64,000 nt of DNA from a virus. Lineage: Duplodnaviria; Caudoviricetes. The stretch lies in IMG/VR virus record IMGVR_UViG_3300032285_001531. One strand, 5' to 3'. The notes beneath the pieces are model-generated. The model searched no databases. It worked only from the letters and a program-made list of their open reading frames with translations, and was not told where the DNA came from. Shown one piece after another: positions 9,801 through 18,951 of this stretch. Made by a program: the position numbers and the translations under genes. The first letter of the stretch is position 1, and each line of letters opens with the position of its first letter.

Positions 9801-10574
9801 GATAAAGATTACGGCTTCATTAATCAGTCTGGTGAACTAGATGAAACTATTAGAAAAGTAGGTAGCCAATATCGTTTACTAAGTAAAAAAGGTAAGAACT
9901 TAGGTACATATCCAAGCAAAGCAGGTGCTGAAAAGCGTGAACGTCAAGTACAATACTTTAAACATGCTAACGAAGGTATGTCGGAAGGCCGTAATAACGA
10001 AGAACTTGCTAACGAAGTATATGCAGAGTTTGAAAGAATCTATCCTAATTTAGCACGTAAGGCACACGAACATACAGTACATGCTGCAATTATAGATGTG
10101 TTAAATTACGGTGATGGTGATATTAGTGCATTAGCACAAGATGTTGCTCGTGCAGTTAAACATGATATTCAACAAGATGTATCCGAAGGATTTAATAGTA
10201 AGCAAGAAGTTATTGCACATTTTGTTAAGCAAGGTAAGAGTGCAGCAAGTGGCGCAGCAGCATGGGAGCGTGGATGGAGAGGCCCTAAATCTAAACAAAA
10301 GGAATTAAAACCACCAGTCAAAAGTTATCATGACGATTTAGATGACAAGCGTTATGGTGAACAAGAAGTATCTGAAACTGAAGAACCATTTAATTTAGAA
10401 AATCGTCATACGATGGATTATGGTATGAGAAAATACATGGTTCATAAACTAGCTAAGACTACAGGCTATGGAGTTAGTGATCTAGAACTAGCTAGTGACG
10501 AAGAACTACGTGACTTGTTTCAGCAGACTTTTCCTGACAAACAACTAGACGAAGATTATTTGGACGAAAAATAA
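6810..10574 (+). CDS. Large multidomain protein: Pol-beta-type nucleotidyltransferase + ligase-like KxDG domain + HxGH cytidyltransferase-like domain + short C-terminal modules
   Basis: GSS...GDIDTMVD near 6993-7090; NLKVDGAGIRFG at 8082-8117; GSFVGHKGHE and IIVMVGDDR; C-terminal modules separated by QDVSE/EGMSE linkers. Confidence 0.75.
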   Translation: MGGNATIRGREAQSLDLKVTQRSFMVPKLNALLHSINTAYQKATKQTLWDPKVLESGQFLSGSSLHFFNVTGIDDKTFITKKPKIGDIDTMVDKTKEVPLQQFLTTYIDRPLGPAVFRGFDKGNEQYISLWELQDPPVTIQIDFELVDYQNGSPTDWAKFSHSSSWEDLQHGVKGVFHKLLVQSLAALSKQTFYQRKMVGRGKMRSEQDIPVTDNMYSFAVSSKEGGGLRAKYEPVLGPNGRPLAKDGMPVMSATPTTGYIKDIGQIFSTLLGKRLSAQTAKQVSANFWSFSGIVDVLAKILNPEEKAAVVDSFIVRTIGPGAQGLYKNDPNQDVQEKLVALNYIMKKLNVSKPKEFDDMLKTYRSAYKMTTESIELTEAPDYKRKSIPHIYNPGTTVEIKDKDFIEMCKEIAQNGGTLNNSVVNLKVDGAGIRFGKDQSGKPFFMTSKVNEPKYIENYGDFANYNISQGQPEERVAFAKNYDNALKIILSSNLMNAIPADTIIQAEMLFNDMAQKSKDGYKFVNINYDPKKLGKVMTLAPFTFKQYSTGEVLPNAEEIQQNLLKLSDNTIKVISNTLQQKGINVSKIINPVVANADELRSALSIRGDSPQKQKAKEVIAHAKQTLSEAISNSPIKGKDQLGPYNEGLVITLPSGRTVKVTSQAMKDVMATRKAPAGPRSGKTAIVTAGSFVGHKGHEQLVELVFDKAAAIGADPYVYISPTVGADDPIPPQMKLMTWQKLYPNHVNSFQVWQEGGTPVKKIEKELVTRTNPPPYDRIIVMVGDDRYEGFKQWVEHLSKRMKNPQYPGFEHVEFHVENTPRDTESGGTGVSFTDCRKVLESPNLSEEQKLAFWCRAFDVDKLGISWIKQLMDTAKKGMGIKQMTKKEKLKEFIQRARPMLKEASVEKKLEVLGFIKESLQDVSEAGSPAQQAAIAINMKKHHKKPKHIDESQVTKITDYDTWSDTVKELGCEIYPQVDRNLLVAQRWDGDIIGKFHLDKDYGFINQSGELDETIRKVGSQYRLLSKKGKNLGTYPSKAGAEKRERQVQYFKHANEGMSEGRNNEELANEVYAEFERIYPNLARKAHEHTVHAAIIDVLNYGDGDISALAQDVARAVKHDIQQDVSEGFNSKQEVIAHFVKQGKSAASGAAAWERGWRGPKSKQKELKPPVKSYHDDLDDKRYGEQEVSETEEPFNLENRHTMDYGMRKYMVHKLAKTTGYGVSDLELASDEELRDLFQQTFPDKQLDEDYLDEK

Positions 10575-10628
10575 TTTTTTGATGCCATCCTCATGATGTA
10601 AATAATAGTACATTTTCATGAGGATAAA

Positions 10629-11576
10629 ATGGCAAAGAAAAAACCAACAGAAGAAGCAACTATTCCTGTAGAGCAGGCAGTAGAAGCTATTGAAGCAATT
10701 CAAGAAATATCAGAAGAACAAGCCCAAGCGCAACAGGCTCAGCAACCTGGACAAAATCAGGTTCAAGTAAATGTTGACTTTCTAAAGACCACCCGTGTAC
10801 ACATAGCAATGCCATGCTATGGTGGTATGTTGACAGAAAGCACATTTATGAGTTTCATCAAGTGGGCTAATACTGCAAGACAATTAGGGATTGACTGGAC
10901 ATTGGAAACAATGGTAAATGAGTCACTAATCAGCCGCGCACGTAACACACTTACAGCAAAATTCTTAGACCAAAAAGAATCAACACATTTATTCTTTGTT
11001 GATGCAGACATTGGTTGGGAGCCATGGCACTTACTAGTATTGTTAAACCGTGACGTTGATGTTATCGGTGGATTATATCCAATGAAGACAATGCCAATCA
11101 AGTGGGTAGTTAATGGATTTGAGGGTGCCGAAGAAGGCCCAGACGGACTACAAGAAGTAAGCAAAGCAGGTACAGGATTCTTGTTAATGAAGAAGCATGT
11201 ATTTGAGAAGTTAAATGTTCACCCAGCAGTTAAGCAGTACAAGAATGATATCGGATTAGATCCAAAGTATGACCAATACTTAAAGACTTATTTTGATACT
11301 GCAGTGCGTCAAAATCGCTACTACAGCGAAGATTGGACTTTCTGCGAAAACTGGCGTGACCTAGGTGGTAAAGTATATGTTGACAAACGTGTTCTATTAC
11401 GTCACAGCGGTGCTTATGTATTCTGTATGGAAAATCAACAACATCTATTGAATACAATTGGACCTATGTACGTGCAAGAATTACAAGCACAACAAGCACA
11501 ACAGTCAGCAGTAAACGCAGCTCCTGTAGACGCAGGTGATGCTAAAACTGCTAAAAAATCTAAGAAAACAGCTTAA
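10629..11576 (+). CDS. GT-A fold glycosyltransferase-like protein
   Basis: IAMPCYGG, FFVDADIGW (DxD), AGTGFLLMKKHVFEKL and SEDWTFC are typical GT-A motifs. Confidence 0.8.
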   Translation: MAKKKPTEEATIPVEQAVEAIEAIQEISEEQAQAQQAQQPGQNQVQVNVDFLKTTRVHIAMPCYGGMLTESTFMSFIKWANTARQLGIDWTLETMVNESLISRARNTLTAKFLDQKESTHLFFVDADIGWEPWHLLVLLNRDVDVIGGLYPMKTMPIKWVVNGFEGAEEGPDGLQEVSKAGTGFLLMKKHVFEKLNVHPAVKQYKNDIGLDPKYDQYLKTYFDTAVRQNRYYSEDWTFCENWRDLGGKVYVDKRVLLRHSGAYVFCMENQQHLLNTIGPMYVQELQAQQAQQSAVNAAPVDAGDAKTAKKSKKTA

Positions 11577-11601
11577 ACTTCTTTGATTTTTCACGAAGCC
11601 G

Positions 11602-11636
11602 AGGGCTATTACAGGAGACTGTAGTAGCCCTTTTTT
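11602..11636 (+). terminator. Rho-independent terminator
   Basis: AGGGCTATTACAG-GAGA-CTGTAGTAGCCCT hairpin (13 bp, GNRA loop) followed by a T-run. Confidence 0.9.
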
Positions 11637-11644
11637 GATAAATA
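11637..11644 (+). promoter_or_regulatory. Late-promoter-like GATAAATA
   Basis: Immediately after the terminator and 5 nt before the ATG at 11650. Confidence 0.7.
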
Positions 11645-11649
11645 CACTT

Positions 11650-12516
11650 ATGAACCTTAAGGAATTAGCTAATTTTAAACTGCATGACGCAATATTTTTT
11701 CACGACCAATTGAATCCAGCGATTTTTGAGAGTGAGAAAATGCGTCCCTATGTACGTGACCAACTCATTTTAATAGCAGAAGATTTTATTGACCATTTAG
11801 GAATCAGTGATATTGACGTAACAGATGTTACATTATCAGGGTCAAATGCAGCATACACTTATACAATGCATAGCGATATAGATTTGCACATTTTAGTTGA
11901 TATGAGCAAACTCAATAACGATATGATATACCGTGAATTCTTTGATGCTAAAAAGACAATTTACAATGACTCACATGACATTACCATTAGTGGATATGAA
12001 GTAGAACTATATGTACAGGATACTAATGATCCTGTTGTTTCATTAGGTGAATATAGCGTACTACATGACAAGTGGATCCGTTTGCCAAAGAAAAGTCGTG
12101 CCAATCTAGATCAAAATGCCAGTCGCTTAAAGTTTGATAAATTATATCATTTAGCACATTTAGCATTGAAACATAATGACATGGATAAGATTGAGAATGT
12201 CATAAAAACAATTAAGAAATATCGTCAGAATGGCTTAGATATGCATGGCGAGTTTGGTCCTGAAAATTTAGCATTTAAAGCATTACGTAGTAAAGGTATA
12301 ATTGAACAATTATACAATAGATTAAATTCCTTGCATAGCGAGAAACTAAGTTTACCAGAAGCTAGTGGATACATTCCAAGCAAAAAAGAAAAGAATGATC
12401 CACGATTTAAAACTGCTCTTACTGTAGATATAACCCCAAACAGTATAAGAGACAATGCAAGAAAATTGGGAAGTAAAATAAGCAGAGCAGGTGTACCGCC
12501 TACTCTAAGACCATAA
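11650..12516 (+). CDS. Pol-beta superfamily nucleotidyltransferase
   Basis: LSGSNAAYTY..SDIDLHILVD and a third acidic residue in VELYVQD. Start moved to ATG 11650. Confidence 0.8.
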   Translation: MNLKELANFKLHDAIFFHDQLNPAIFESEKMRPYVRDQLILIAEDFIDHLGISDIDVTDVTLSGSNAAYTYTMHSDIDLHILVDMSKLNNDMIYREFFDAKKTIYNDSHDITISGYEVELYVQDTNDPVVSLGEYSVLHDKWIRLPKKSRANLDQNASRLKFDKLYHLAHLALKHNDMDKIENVIKTIKKYRQNGLDMHGEFGPENLAFKALRSKGIIEQLYNRLNSLHSEKLSLPEASGYIPSKKEKNDPRFKTALTVDITPNSIRDNARKLGSKISRAGVPPTLRP

Positions 12517-12535
12517 GTATAGGGAGAAATTTAAA

Positions 12536-13930
12536 ATGGCAAACGTAGTATCTAACGCATATGTATGGACTAGTACACCTACTATTGTAACCACTGCAGT
12601 AAATGCAGCAACAAGTACATCACCAAATGCAAACGTAACAATTGTTGCAGTAACTAATCAAGCTAACGGTCAACCGGGGCAGATTCAATTTTCTGGAATC
12701 GCACCGTCAGGATCATTTGGCTCAACAGGTGATTTAACCTATGATCAAATAGGAAAAGTACTTGCAGTCAATGGTAACGTATTAGCAGCCGGTAATGTTA
12801 ATTCACGAGGAAATATTTTTTCTTCAGGTGGTATTTCTGCTGCTGGAAATATTGTTTCTTTAGGAAATGCAACAGTTAATTCACTTACAGCAAATGCTAA
12901 TATTAATGCCGGTAATCTTAGTGTTACAGGTATATTCACTGCTAATGTGTTAAATGGTAATATCGTTTCACCAAATCAATCTAATATTACAAATGTAGGT
13001 ACATTAACTAAATTAAATGTAACTGGTAATATAGCTGCTAGTTCAAGATTAGATGTTACTGGACCTATTCAAACTTTAGCTAACGTTGCTGCAGTAGGGC
13101 AAAATTCTTGGATCACAGGAGCTTACGCTGGATTTACTGGAAATGTATTTGCTGGTAATGTTTATGCAAATGGCGGAATTACTGCAGTGGGTAATGTAGT
13201 AGCTGCTGGATTTATACAATCTGTTTCATTTAGTAGTACAGGTAATGTACAAGCAGGTAATCTAAGAGCGACAGGTGGATTAAGTGTTGCAGGTACTATT
13301 ACTGGTGTTAATGGTGTAGTATCCGGTGGAATTACTCAATCTTCAGGTAATATCATTACAAGTGCAAGTATTTCTGCTACAGGTGCTATTAACGCAGGTG
13401 GAAATATTTTTGCAGTGGGAACTATGTATGCACAAGGAAATATTACAAGTTTAGCAAATATTTCTGCTAGTGGTAATATTATATCAGGTGCAAATATATG
13501 TGCAGCAGGTAATGTATCTGCTTATGCTATGTTCTCTAGCAATCTACAAACAGGAAATGTTGTAGCTACCGGATTCATCACTAGTATAGGTAACCTAACA
13601 TCAGCTAATGTTAATACTACAGGTAATGTACAAGGCGGTAATTTAAGAACAACTGGGTTAATCAGTGCTACTGGCAATATCAATACTGCAGGTAATGTTA
13701 GTGCTACTAGCAACGTAATTGGTGCAAATGTATTGACTGGAGGAATAGTAAGCGCATCAGGAAATGTAATAGGTAATGTTGTTTATGGCAATCTACTTTC
13801 AATGACTTCACTAACAACTAAAACAGGAACAAGCCCAGGTACTGCAGGACAAATGGCTTGGGACGGAAGTTATATCTATGTATGTACAGCAACTAATGTT
13901 TGGAAACGTGCAACACTAAGTTCATTCTAA
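12536..13930 (+). CDS. Fibre/virion structural protein with GN-x-x-A repeats
   Basis: Highly repetitive G/N/A/V/T sequence; C-terminal GQMAWDGSYIYVCTATNVWKR cap. Confidence 0.8.
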   Translation: MANVVSNAYVWTSTPTIVTTAVNAATSTSPNANVTIVAVTNQANGQPGQIQFSGIAPSGSFGSTGDLTYDQIGKVLAVNGNVLAAGNVNSRGNIFSSGGISAAGNIVSLGNATVNSLTANANINAGNLSVTGIFTANVLNGNIVSPNQSNITNVGTLTKLNVTGNIAASSRLDVTGPIQTLANVAAVGQNSWITGAYAGFTGNVFAGNVYANGGITAVGNVVAAGFIQSVSFSSTGNVQAGNLRATGGLSVAGTITGVNGVVSGGITQSSGNIITSASISATGAINAGGNIFAVGTMYAQGNITSLANISASGNIISGANICAAGNVSAYAMFSSNLQTGNVVATGFITSIGNLTSANVNTTGNVQGGNLRTTGLISATGNINTAGNVSATSNVIGANVLTGGIVSASGNVIGNVVYGNLLSMTSLTTKTGTSPGTAGQMAWDGSYIYVCTATNVWKRATLSSF

Positions 13931-13954
13931 GAGAAAAAATATAGGAAATATTAA

Positions 13955-16900
13955 ATGGCAACACCAACTAATCCAAATTTGTTTGTAGATGAATCATCAG
14001 CAGCTCCATCGCCTAACGTAATATCGGTACAAACTAATACAAACGATACAAAAACGTTAATTGCTAACTACAATGATCCTGCCTTGTATGCTACTCCACT
14101 ACTACAAATTAGAAATGACGTAGGCGGTAGTAAAGGACAGATTCAATTCCATAACGGAACCACATTTGGTGGTAGTAGCAATTTAACATTTGACGCAAAT
14201 GTAGCGAATGTTTCTAAACTAAGTCTCCGCGGAGACATGTATATCTATGGCAATCTTGTAGCAAACATTAACACAAATTTAAATAATCTTAGAATCACAG
14301 GTGGATTAGGTAATCAAATATTAGCTACTGATGGTACTGGTAATTTACATTGGGTATCATATGATCCTAATATTGCAAGTGGTATATTTAATGGTAACAG
14401 TAATGTTATTGTGTATCCGAATGCAGATATAAGATTTAGTAGTAACAATGTTCCTAATGTAGTTATAGTTAATAGTTCGGGGATTAGATCAGCTAATCTT
14501 ACTGTTACTGGTAATAGTAACTTAGGTGCTAACAGTAACGTAAAACTTGCTGGTGGATTACCAGGACAATTTTTAAAGACAGATGGTTATGGTAATTTAA
14601 GTTGGGATCAACCTGCTGGCATCTATATGTCAGAAACAGCTCCTTTTGTAGGAGAAGGCAATGTATGGTTCAATACAGACGAAGGACGTGCTTATGTAAG
14701 TTATGATGGTACATGGGTAGACATGAGTCCTGCAATCATGCCTAATCCTGATCTATATGCTAACACAATTACATTCCCAGATGGCAGTGTACAAACTACT
14801 GCAAGTGGCGGAGGAGGCGGTGGTGGCAATAGTATTAGTAACGGCGGTTCTAATATAACTATACCTTCAGCTAACGGAAATATTCTAATAAATCCATACG
14901 GTACTGCAACATACGAACGTTGGAAATTTGATACTGATGGTAATATTACCACAACCAACGGTGTTGCAAAGATTATACACACTAATGACGGTGGTATTGG
15001 AATCAGATCGGCTGCAACTGCTAAACCAAGTTTAAGTTATGCAGGATCATTAATTGATGATCCAGATACAAGTAATATAGTAGTAGGGTCTAATATAGTA
15101 ATTACAACTGACACTGGTAATAAGATTTGGAATTTTGATTCATCTGGTGGTTTAACATTACCAGAAAACACATATATTATTGGAACAACTGATTATGGCA
15201 TAGAATCAGCAGTTAATGGTTATACCTCAGGAATATATTTTAATGGTAATCACGTTGGTGGTACTACTATCGTATATTCTACTAACGATGCTATGATTCG
15301 TTCTGACAATAACGGAACATTTAAAGATTGGACATTTGGTAAAAACGGCAACATAATATTCCCTGGTGGCACAACAACATTAGGTGAAGCCGTAGGAAGT
15401 GGATTCGCACTTAATACTACTAGTGACATCACTATATTAAAAGATGGTCTTAGTGGCTTTGAAGTCAGAGGTGCTAGTTCAAAAATATATAGTAATAACA
15501 CATCATGGAATTTTAATGACCAAACAGGTCTTACATTCCCAGATTCAACTGTTCAAACAACTGCATTCACTGGTGCTATTGCAGGTGCAAGTGTAACAGG
15601 ACAAGTAGGCAATTCAGTAAAAGCAGGAACAGTATATACAAATGCTCAACCAAACATTACTAGTTTAGGTACATTAACAAGTGTAAGTGTAAGCGGTAAT
15701 GTTAATACTAGCGCAAACGTTAATGCAGCATATTTTATAGGTAACGGCAGTTCATTAACTGGTATTGTTGCTACAGTAGCACAAACAGTTTCAGCAAGTT
15801 CTCAATCAAACATAACTTCAGTTGGCACATTAACTAACCTAGTAGTAGCAGGCAATGTCAATGTAGAAGGTACAACAGATACAGGTGGACCAACATCAGG
15901 TGCACTAAAAACAGCAGGTGGGTTGGGTGTTGCTAAGTCTGCGTCAATAGGTAATGACTTATTCGTAGGTCCAGGTGCAGCATTAACAGCGTTTACAAAT
16001 CCAACTATTATTGCAAAAGATACAGGTTCTGATTATATTCAAGCAGCACTAGTTAACGCAAGTGATACTGGCTCAAGTGACTGGGTAGCATATGGCGATA
16101 ATGGTACTGATAACGGTGGTTGGGTAGACATGGGCTTTACTAGTTCAGCATACAATGACGCTAATTTTACAGTAACAGGACCAAACGATGGCTATGTATT
16201 TGCACAAGCACAAAGTGCAAGTGGATTAGGTGGTAACTTAGTTCTTGCAACTGGTAGCCAAGGTACTACAAATGATATCATATTTGCAACTGGTGGATTC
16301 TTAACAGAAAATATATTTGGTAAAATAGTAGATGCAACACAAACACTAGATATTCCTGCAGGTAGTGCCAACATAGGCGGCAATCTACACATAGGCGGAA
16401 CTGCTAATATTGATGGTAATGCAAAATTTAGTAGTAATGTATTAATAACACATGATTTACAAGTTAATGGTAATATTAATTTCAACGGTGATGTAACACA
16501 GATTTCAGGTGTGTCTGGACAATTCTTTGGTGATGCAAACGGTATCGGTGCGTTATATGCTGGTGTTAGTACAGGATATTCTGTTGTAGCAAATCCAGTA
16601 ATACAAGCTGCTACTAATGTAAATGATTATACTCAAATTAACTTCCAAAACTTAAACGGTGGCAATACATCAAGTACAGAATACGCAGCGACAGCAGACA
16701 ATGGTAATGACAATATAAACTACATTGACTTTGGTATTGCAGGCGGAAGCTGGGACGGCACACAGACAAATAGCGTAGGCGATGCTGCTCATGCAGATGA
16801 TGGTTGGGTATATGTACAAGGTGGAACAGGTGGTGGTAACTTAATTTTAGGTGCAACATCTACTAACAAATCAGTTAAGATTTTAACAGGTGGTGCAGGT

Positions 16901-18415
16901 AATGCTAATATCAGAGCTAAATTTTATGACTCTGGTCTAAGTGTAGTTGGTAATGTTATTGCTGCTTATCTACGTGGTGATGGTAGCAACATTAGCAATG
17001 TTCCTGCTGCTAATGTTAGCGGTTTAGGTAATATATCTACTATTAACTTAAACGGTAGTTCTTCACAAGTATTATACGGTAATGGTGTATTTGCTGCAGC
17101 AGGTGGTAGTAGTTCATATGGTAATAGTAATGTAGCCACATATCTAGCAAGCTATGGTAGCAACACAATTACTACAACAGGTAATGTTAGTGTTGGTAAC
17201 ATCATTGCTACAAATATCGGTAATGCGGCTGCGATTAATTTAACAGGTAGCACAAGTAATGTGTTATATGGTAATGGAGTATTTGCACCGATTACATCAA
17301 GCTATGGTGATAGTAATGTTGCAACATTATTAGGTGCATTTGGTTCAAACAATGTTTCTACTACTGGTAATATTACTGCAAATAATATGACAGCAAGTGG
17401 TAATATTTCTCTTGCAGGTAATATCTATTCAGGACTTGGTGGAAGCAAAGGGTTTGTATTAGGAAATGTAAATTCAAGATTTATGGCAGTTGGAAGTAAC
17501 GCATACATTACTCTTGCTCAAAATATTATGTTGCAGCCGGATAACGCTGCATATGCAGGAGCAGGTGTTCAAGTTGGTGGAAGTGGATATTTATTAGCAC
17601 CTAACGGCAGTCGTGTTATTACATTAGGAAATGACGGGTCACTTTCTACAAATGGTGACATTAAGGGTTTTGGCAATGCCAATATATCCGGAAGTTTAAC
17701 CCGTAGTGGTAGCATCACAACATTAGCATGGGGTAGTAGTGGTATTGGTTTGAAACTGGCAAGTGCAACATACACTGATACTTCTACAGCAGCTGGAACA
17801 TTAGCGGCACAATATATTCACAGTATAGGTGCACCAACATATGCATTTAGTAATGCAGTTACACTTACAAATGCCGCAACACTATATGTTAACTCCCCAA
17901 CAGCAGGTGCAAATGCAACATTTACAAATTCATGGGCTATCTATACTAACGGTAATGTAGGAGTCTTAGGTAATTTAACAGTATCTGGTTCAGGTGCTAT
18001 TACTATGCCGAATCGTCCGGCATTCCGTGTTGTTGGTACTGGCGGGCAGATTGCTTCTGTTACAACGATAACCAGTGCAAACTGGACACAAGACTTTCAA
18101 CAAGGTACAGCACTTGATGGAACAACTGGTATCTTCACTGCTCCATTAGCTGGGTTATATCAAGTTAATTTAGTTGTTAGATGCTATACAAACTCGGGAC
18201 CTTCAGCACAAGTTATTTGTCGCAAAACTACTGCTATTGGTAGTGTTGTAACTACTGCAATCATGGTAGAGTGGGCTTCTAATACTACAATGAATCACAC
18301 CGGTGGTTCAACAATTATAAAATTAGCAGTTGGTGATACTCTTAAGGTTGACGTTGCTTTAGGTAGCATCAGTTTTGATCAAAATGATAACTGGTCAGTG
18401 GCATTTATAGGATAA
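13955..18415 (+). CDS. Long fibre protein with C-terminal C1q/TNF-like domain
   Basis: 1486 aa with fibre repeats; ends RPAFRV...FTAPLAGLYQVNL...GDTLKV...WSVAFIG (C1q-like). Confidence 0.8.
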   Translation: MATPTNPNLFVDESSAAPSPNVISVQTNTNDTKTLIANYNDPALYATPLLQIRNDVGGSKGQIQFHNGTTFGGSSNLTFDANVANVSKLSLRGDMYIYGNLVANINTNLNNLRITGGLGNQILATDGTGNLHWVSYDPNIASGIFNGNSNVIVYPNADIRFSSNNVPNVVIVNSSGIRSANLTVTGNSNLGANSNVKLAGGLPGQFLKTDGYGNLSWDQPAGIYMSETAPFVGEGNVWFNTDEGRAYVSYDGTWVDMSPAIMPNPDLYANTITFPDGSVQTTASGGGGGGGNSISNGGSNITIPSANGNILINPYGTATYERWKFDTDGNITTTNGVAKIIHTNDGGIGIRSAATAKPSLSYAGSLIDDPDTSNIVVGSNIVITTDTGNKIWNFDSSGGLTLPENTYIIGTTDYGIESAVNGYTSGIYFNGNHVGGTTIVYSTNDAMIRSDNNGTFKDWTFGKNGNIIFPGGTTTLGEAVGSGFALNTTSDITILKDGLSGFEVRGASSKIYSNNTSWNFNDQTGLTFPDSTVQTTAFTGAIAGASVTGQVGNSVKAGTVYTNAQPNITSLGTLTSVSVSGNVNTSANVNAAYFIGNGSSLTGIVATVAQTVSASSQSNITSVGTLTNLVVAGNVNVEGTTDTGGPTSGALKTAGGLGVAKSASIGNDLFVGPGAALTAFTNPTIIAKDTGSDYIQAALVNASDTGSSDWVAYGDNGTDNGGWVDMGFTSSAYNDANFTVTGPNDGYVFAQAQSASGLGGNLVLATGSQGTTNDIIFATGGFLTENIFGKIVDATQTLDIPAGSANIGGNLHIGGTANIDGNAKFSSNVLITHDLQVNGNINFNGDVTQISGVSGQFFGDANGIGALYAGVSTGYSVVANPVIQAATNVNDYTQINFQNLNGGNTSSTEYAATADNGNDNINYIDFGIAGGSWDGTQTNSVGDAAHADDGWVYVQGGTGGGNLILGATSTNKSVKILTGGAGNANIRAKFYDSGLSVVGNVIAAYLRGDGSNISNVPAANVSGLGNISTINLNGSSSQVLYGNGVFAAAGGSSSYGNSNVATYLASYGSNTITTTGNVSVGNIIATNIGNAAAINLTGSTSNVLYGNGVFAPITSSYGDSNVATLLGAFGSNNVSTTGNITANNMTASGNISLAGNIYSGLGGSKGFVLGNVNSRFMAVGSNAYITLAQNIMLQPDNAAYAGAGVQVGGSGYLLAPNGSRVITLGNDGSLSTNGDIKGFGNANISGSLTRSGSITTLAWGSSGIGLKLASATYTDTSTAAGTLAAQYIHSIGAPTYAFSNAVTLTNAATLYVNSPTAGANATFTNSWAIYTNGNVGVLGNLTVSGSGAITMPNRPAFRVVGTGGQIASVTTITSANWTQDFQQGTALDGTTGIFTAPLAGLYQVNLVVRCYTNSGPSAQVICRKTTAIGSVVTTAIMVEWASNTTMNHTGGSTIIKLAVGDTLKVDVALGSISFDQNDNWSVAFIG

Positions 18416-18420
18416 AAAAA

Positions 18421-18918
18421 ATGGCAATTAAGAAACATGATTTAGATAACTGGACTCCTGTAGATTCTTCAAATCCATTAAAGAGTTTAGCACATGAGAT
18501 TAACTTGAATTTAACTGATATTGATAATCGTATTAATGCACTGGGCGGTGTAGGTAAGGGTTATGCTGCAGCCTATGTAAATGCTGGTACTTTTGTCACA
18601 TTGGACAATCTTAAGTTTAGCGTGACAACTAGTGGTAATAGAGGTTTGTCATGTGCTACAGTAAGTGGTACAGTAACTCTTAGTATAGCTGCTACTTGGA
18701 TCTTAACTGGCAGTACTGGAGGTAATTCAACTACTTGGCCAGGCGCTACATATACCACAACTCCTCAAGGTCCGTGGTTTGAATATCATTTCCCAAATGC
18801 AGGAGATGGGTCAGTTTATTTGGCAAACGATTATACCAATGGTAAAGTTTATAGAATCACACTATTAATTGGCGCAAATTATAACAATAACTTTATCAGT
18901 ATTGAACGGCTGCTATAA
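18421..18918 (+). CDS. Putative virion/fibre-associated protein
   Basis: Short N-terminal coiled coil plus beta-rich domain; lies in the fibre cluster. Confidence 0.65.
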   Translation: MAIKKHDLDNWTPVDSSNPLKSLAHEINLNLTDIDNRINALGGVGKGYAAAYVNAGTFVTLDNLKFSVTTSGNRGLSCATVSGTVTLSIAATWILTGSTGGNSTTWPGATYTTTPQGPWFEYHFPNAGDGSVYLANDYTNGKVYRITLLIGANYNNNFISIERLL

Positions 18919-18926
18919 CAAAGTAA

Positions 18927-18934
18927 GATAAATA
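18927..18934 (+). promoter_or_regulatory. Late-promoter-like GATAAATA
   Basis: Intergenic, upstream of the AAGGA SD and ATG 18952. Confidence 0.65.
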
Positions 18935-18951
18935 TAGAATAAGGAACAAAA

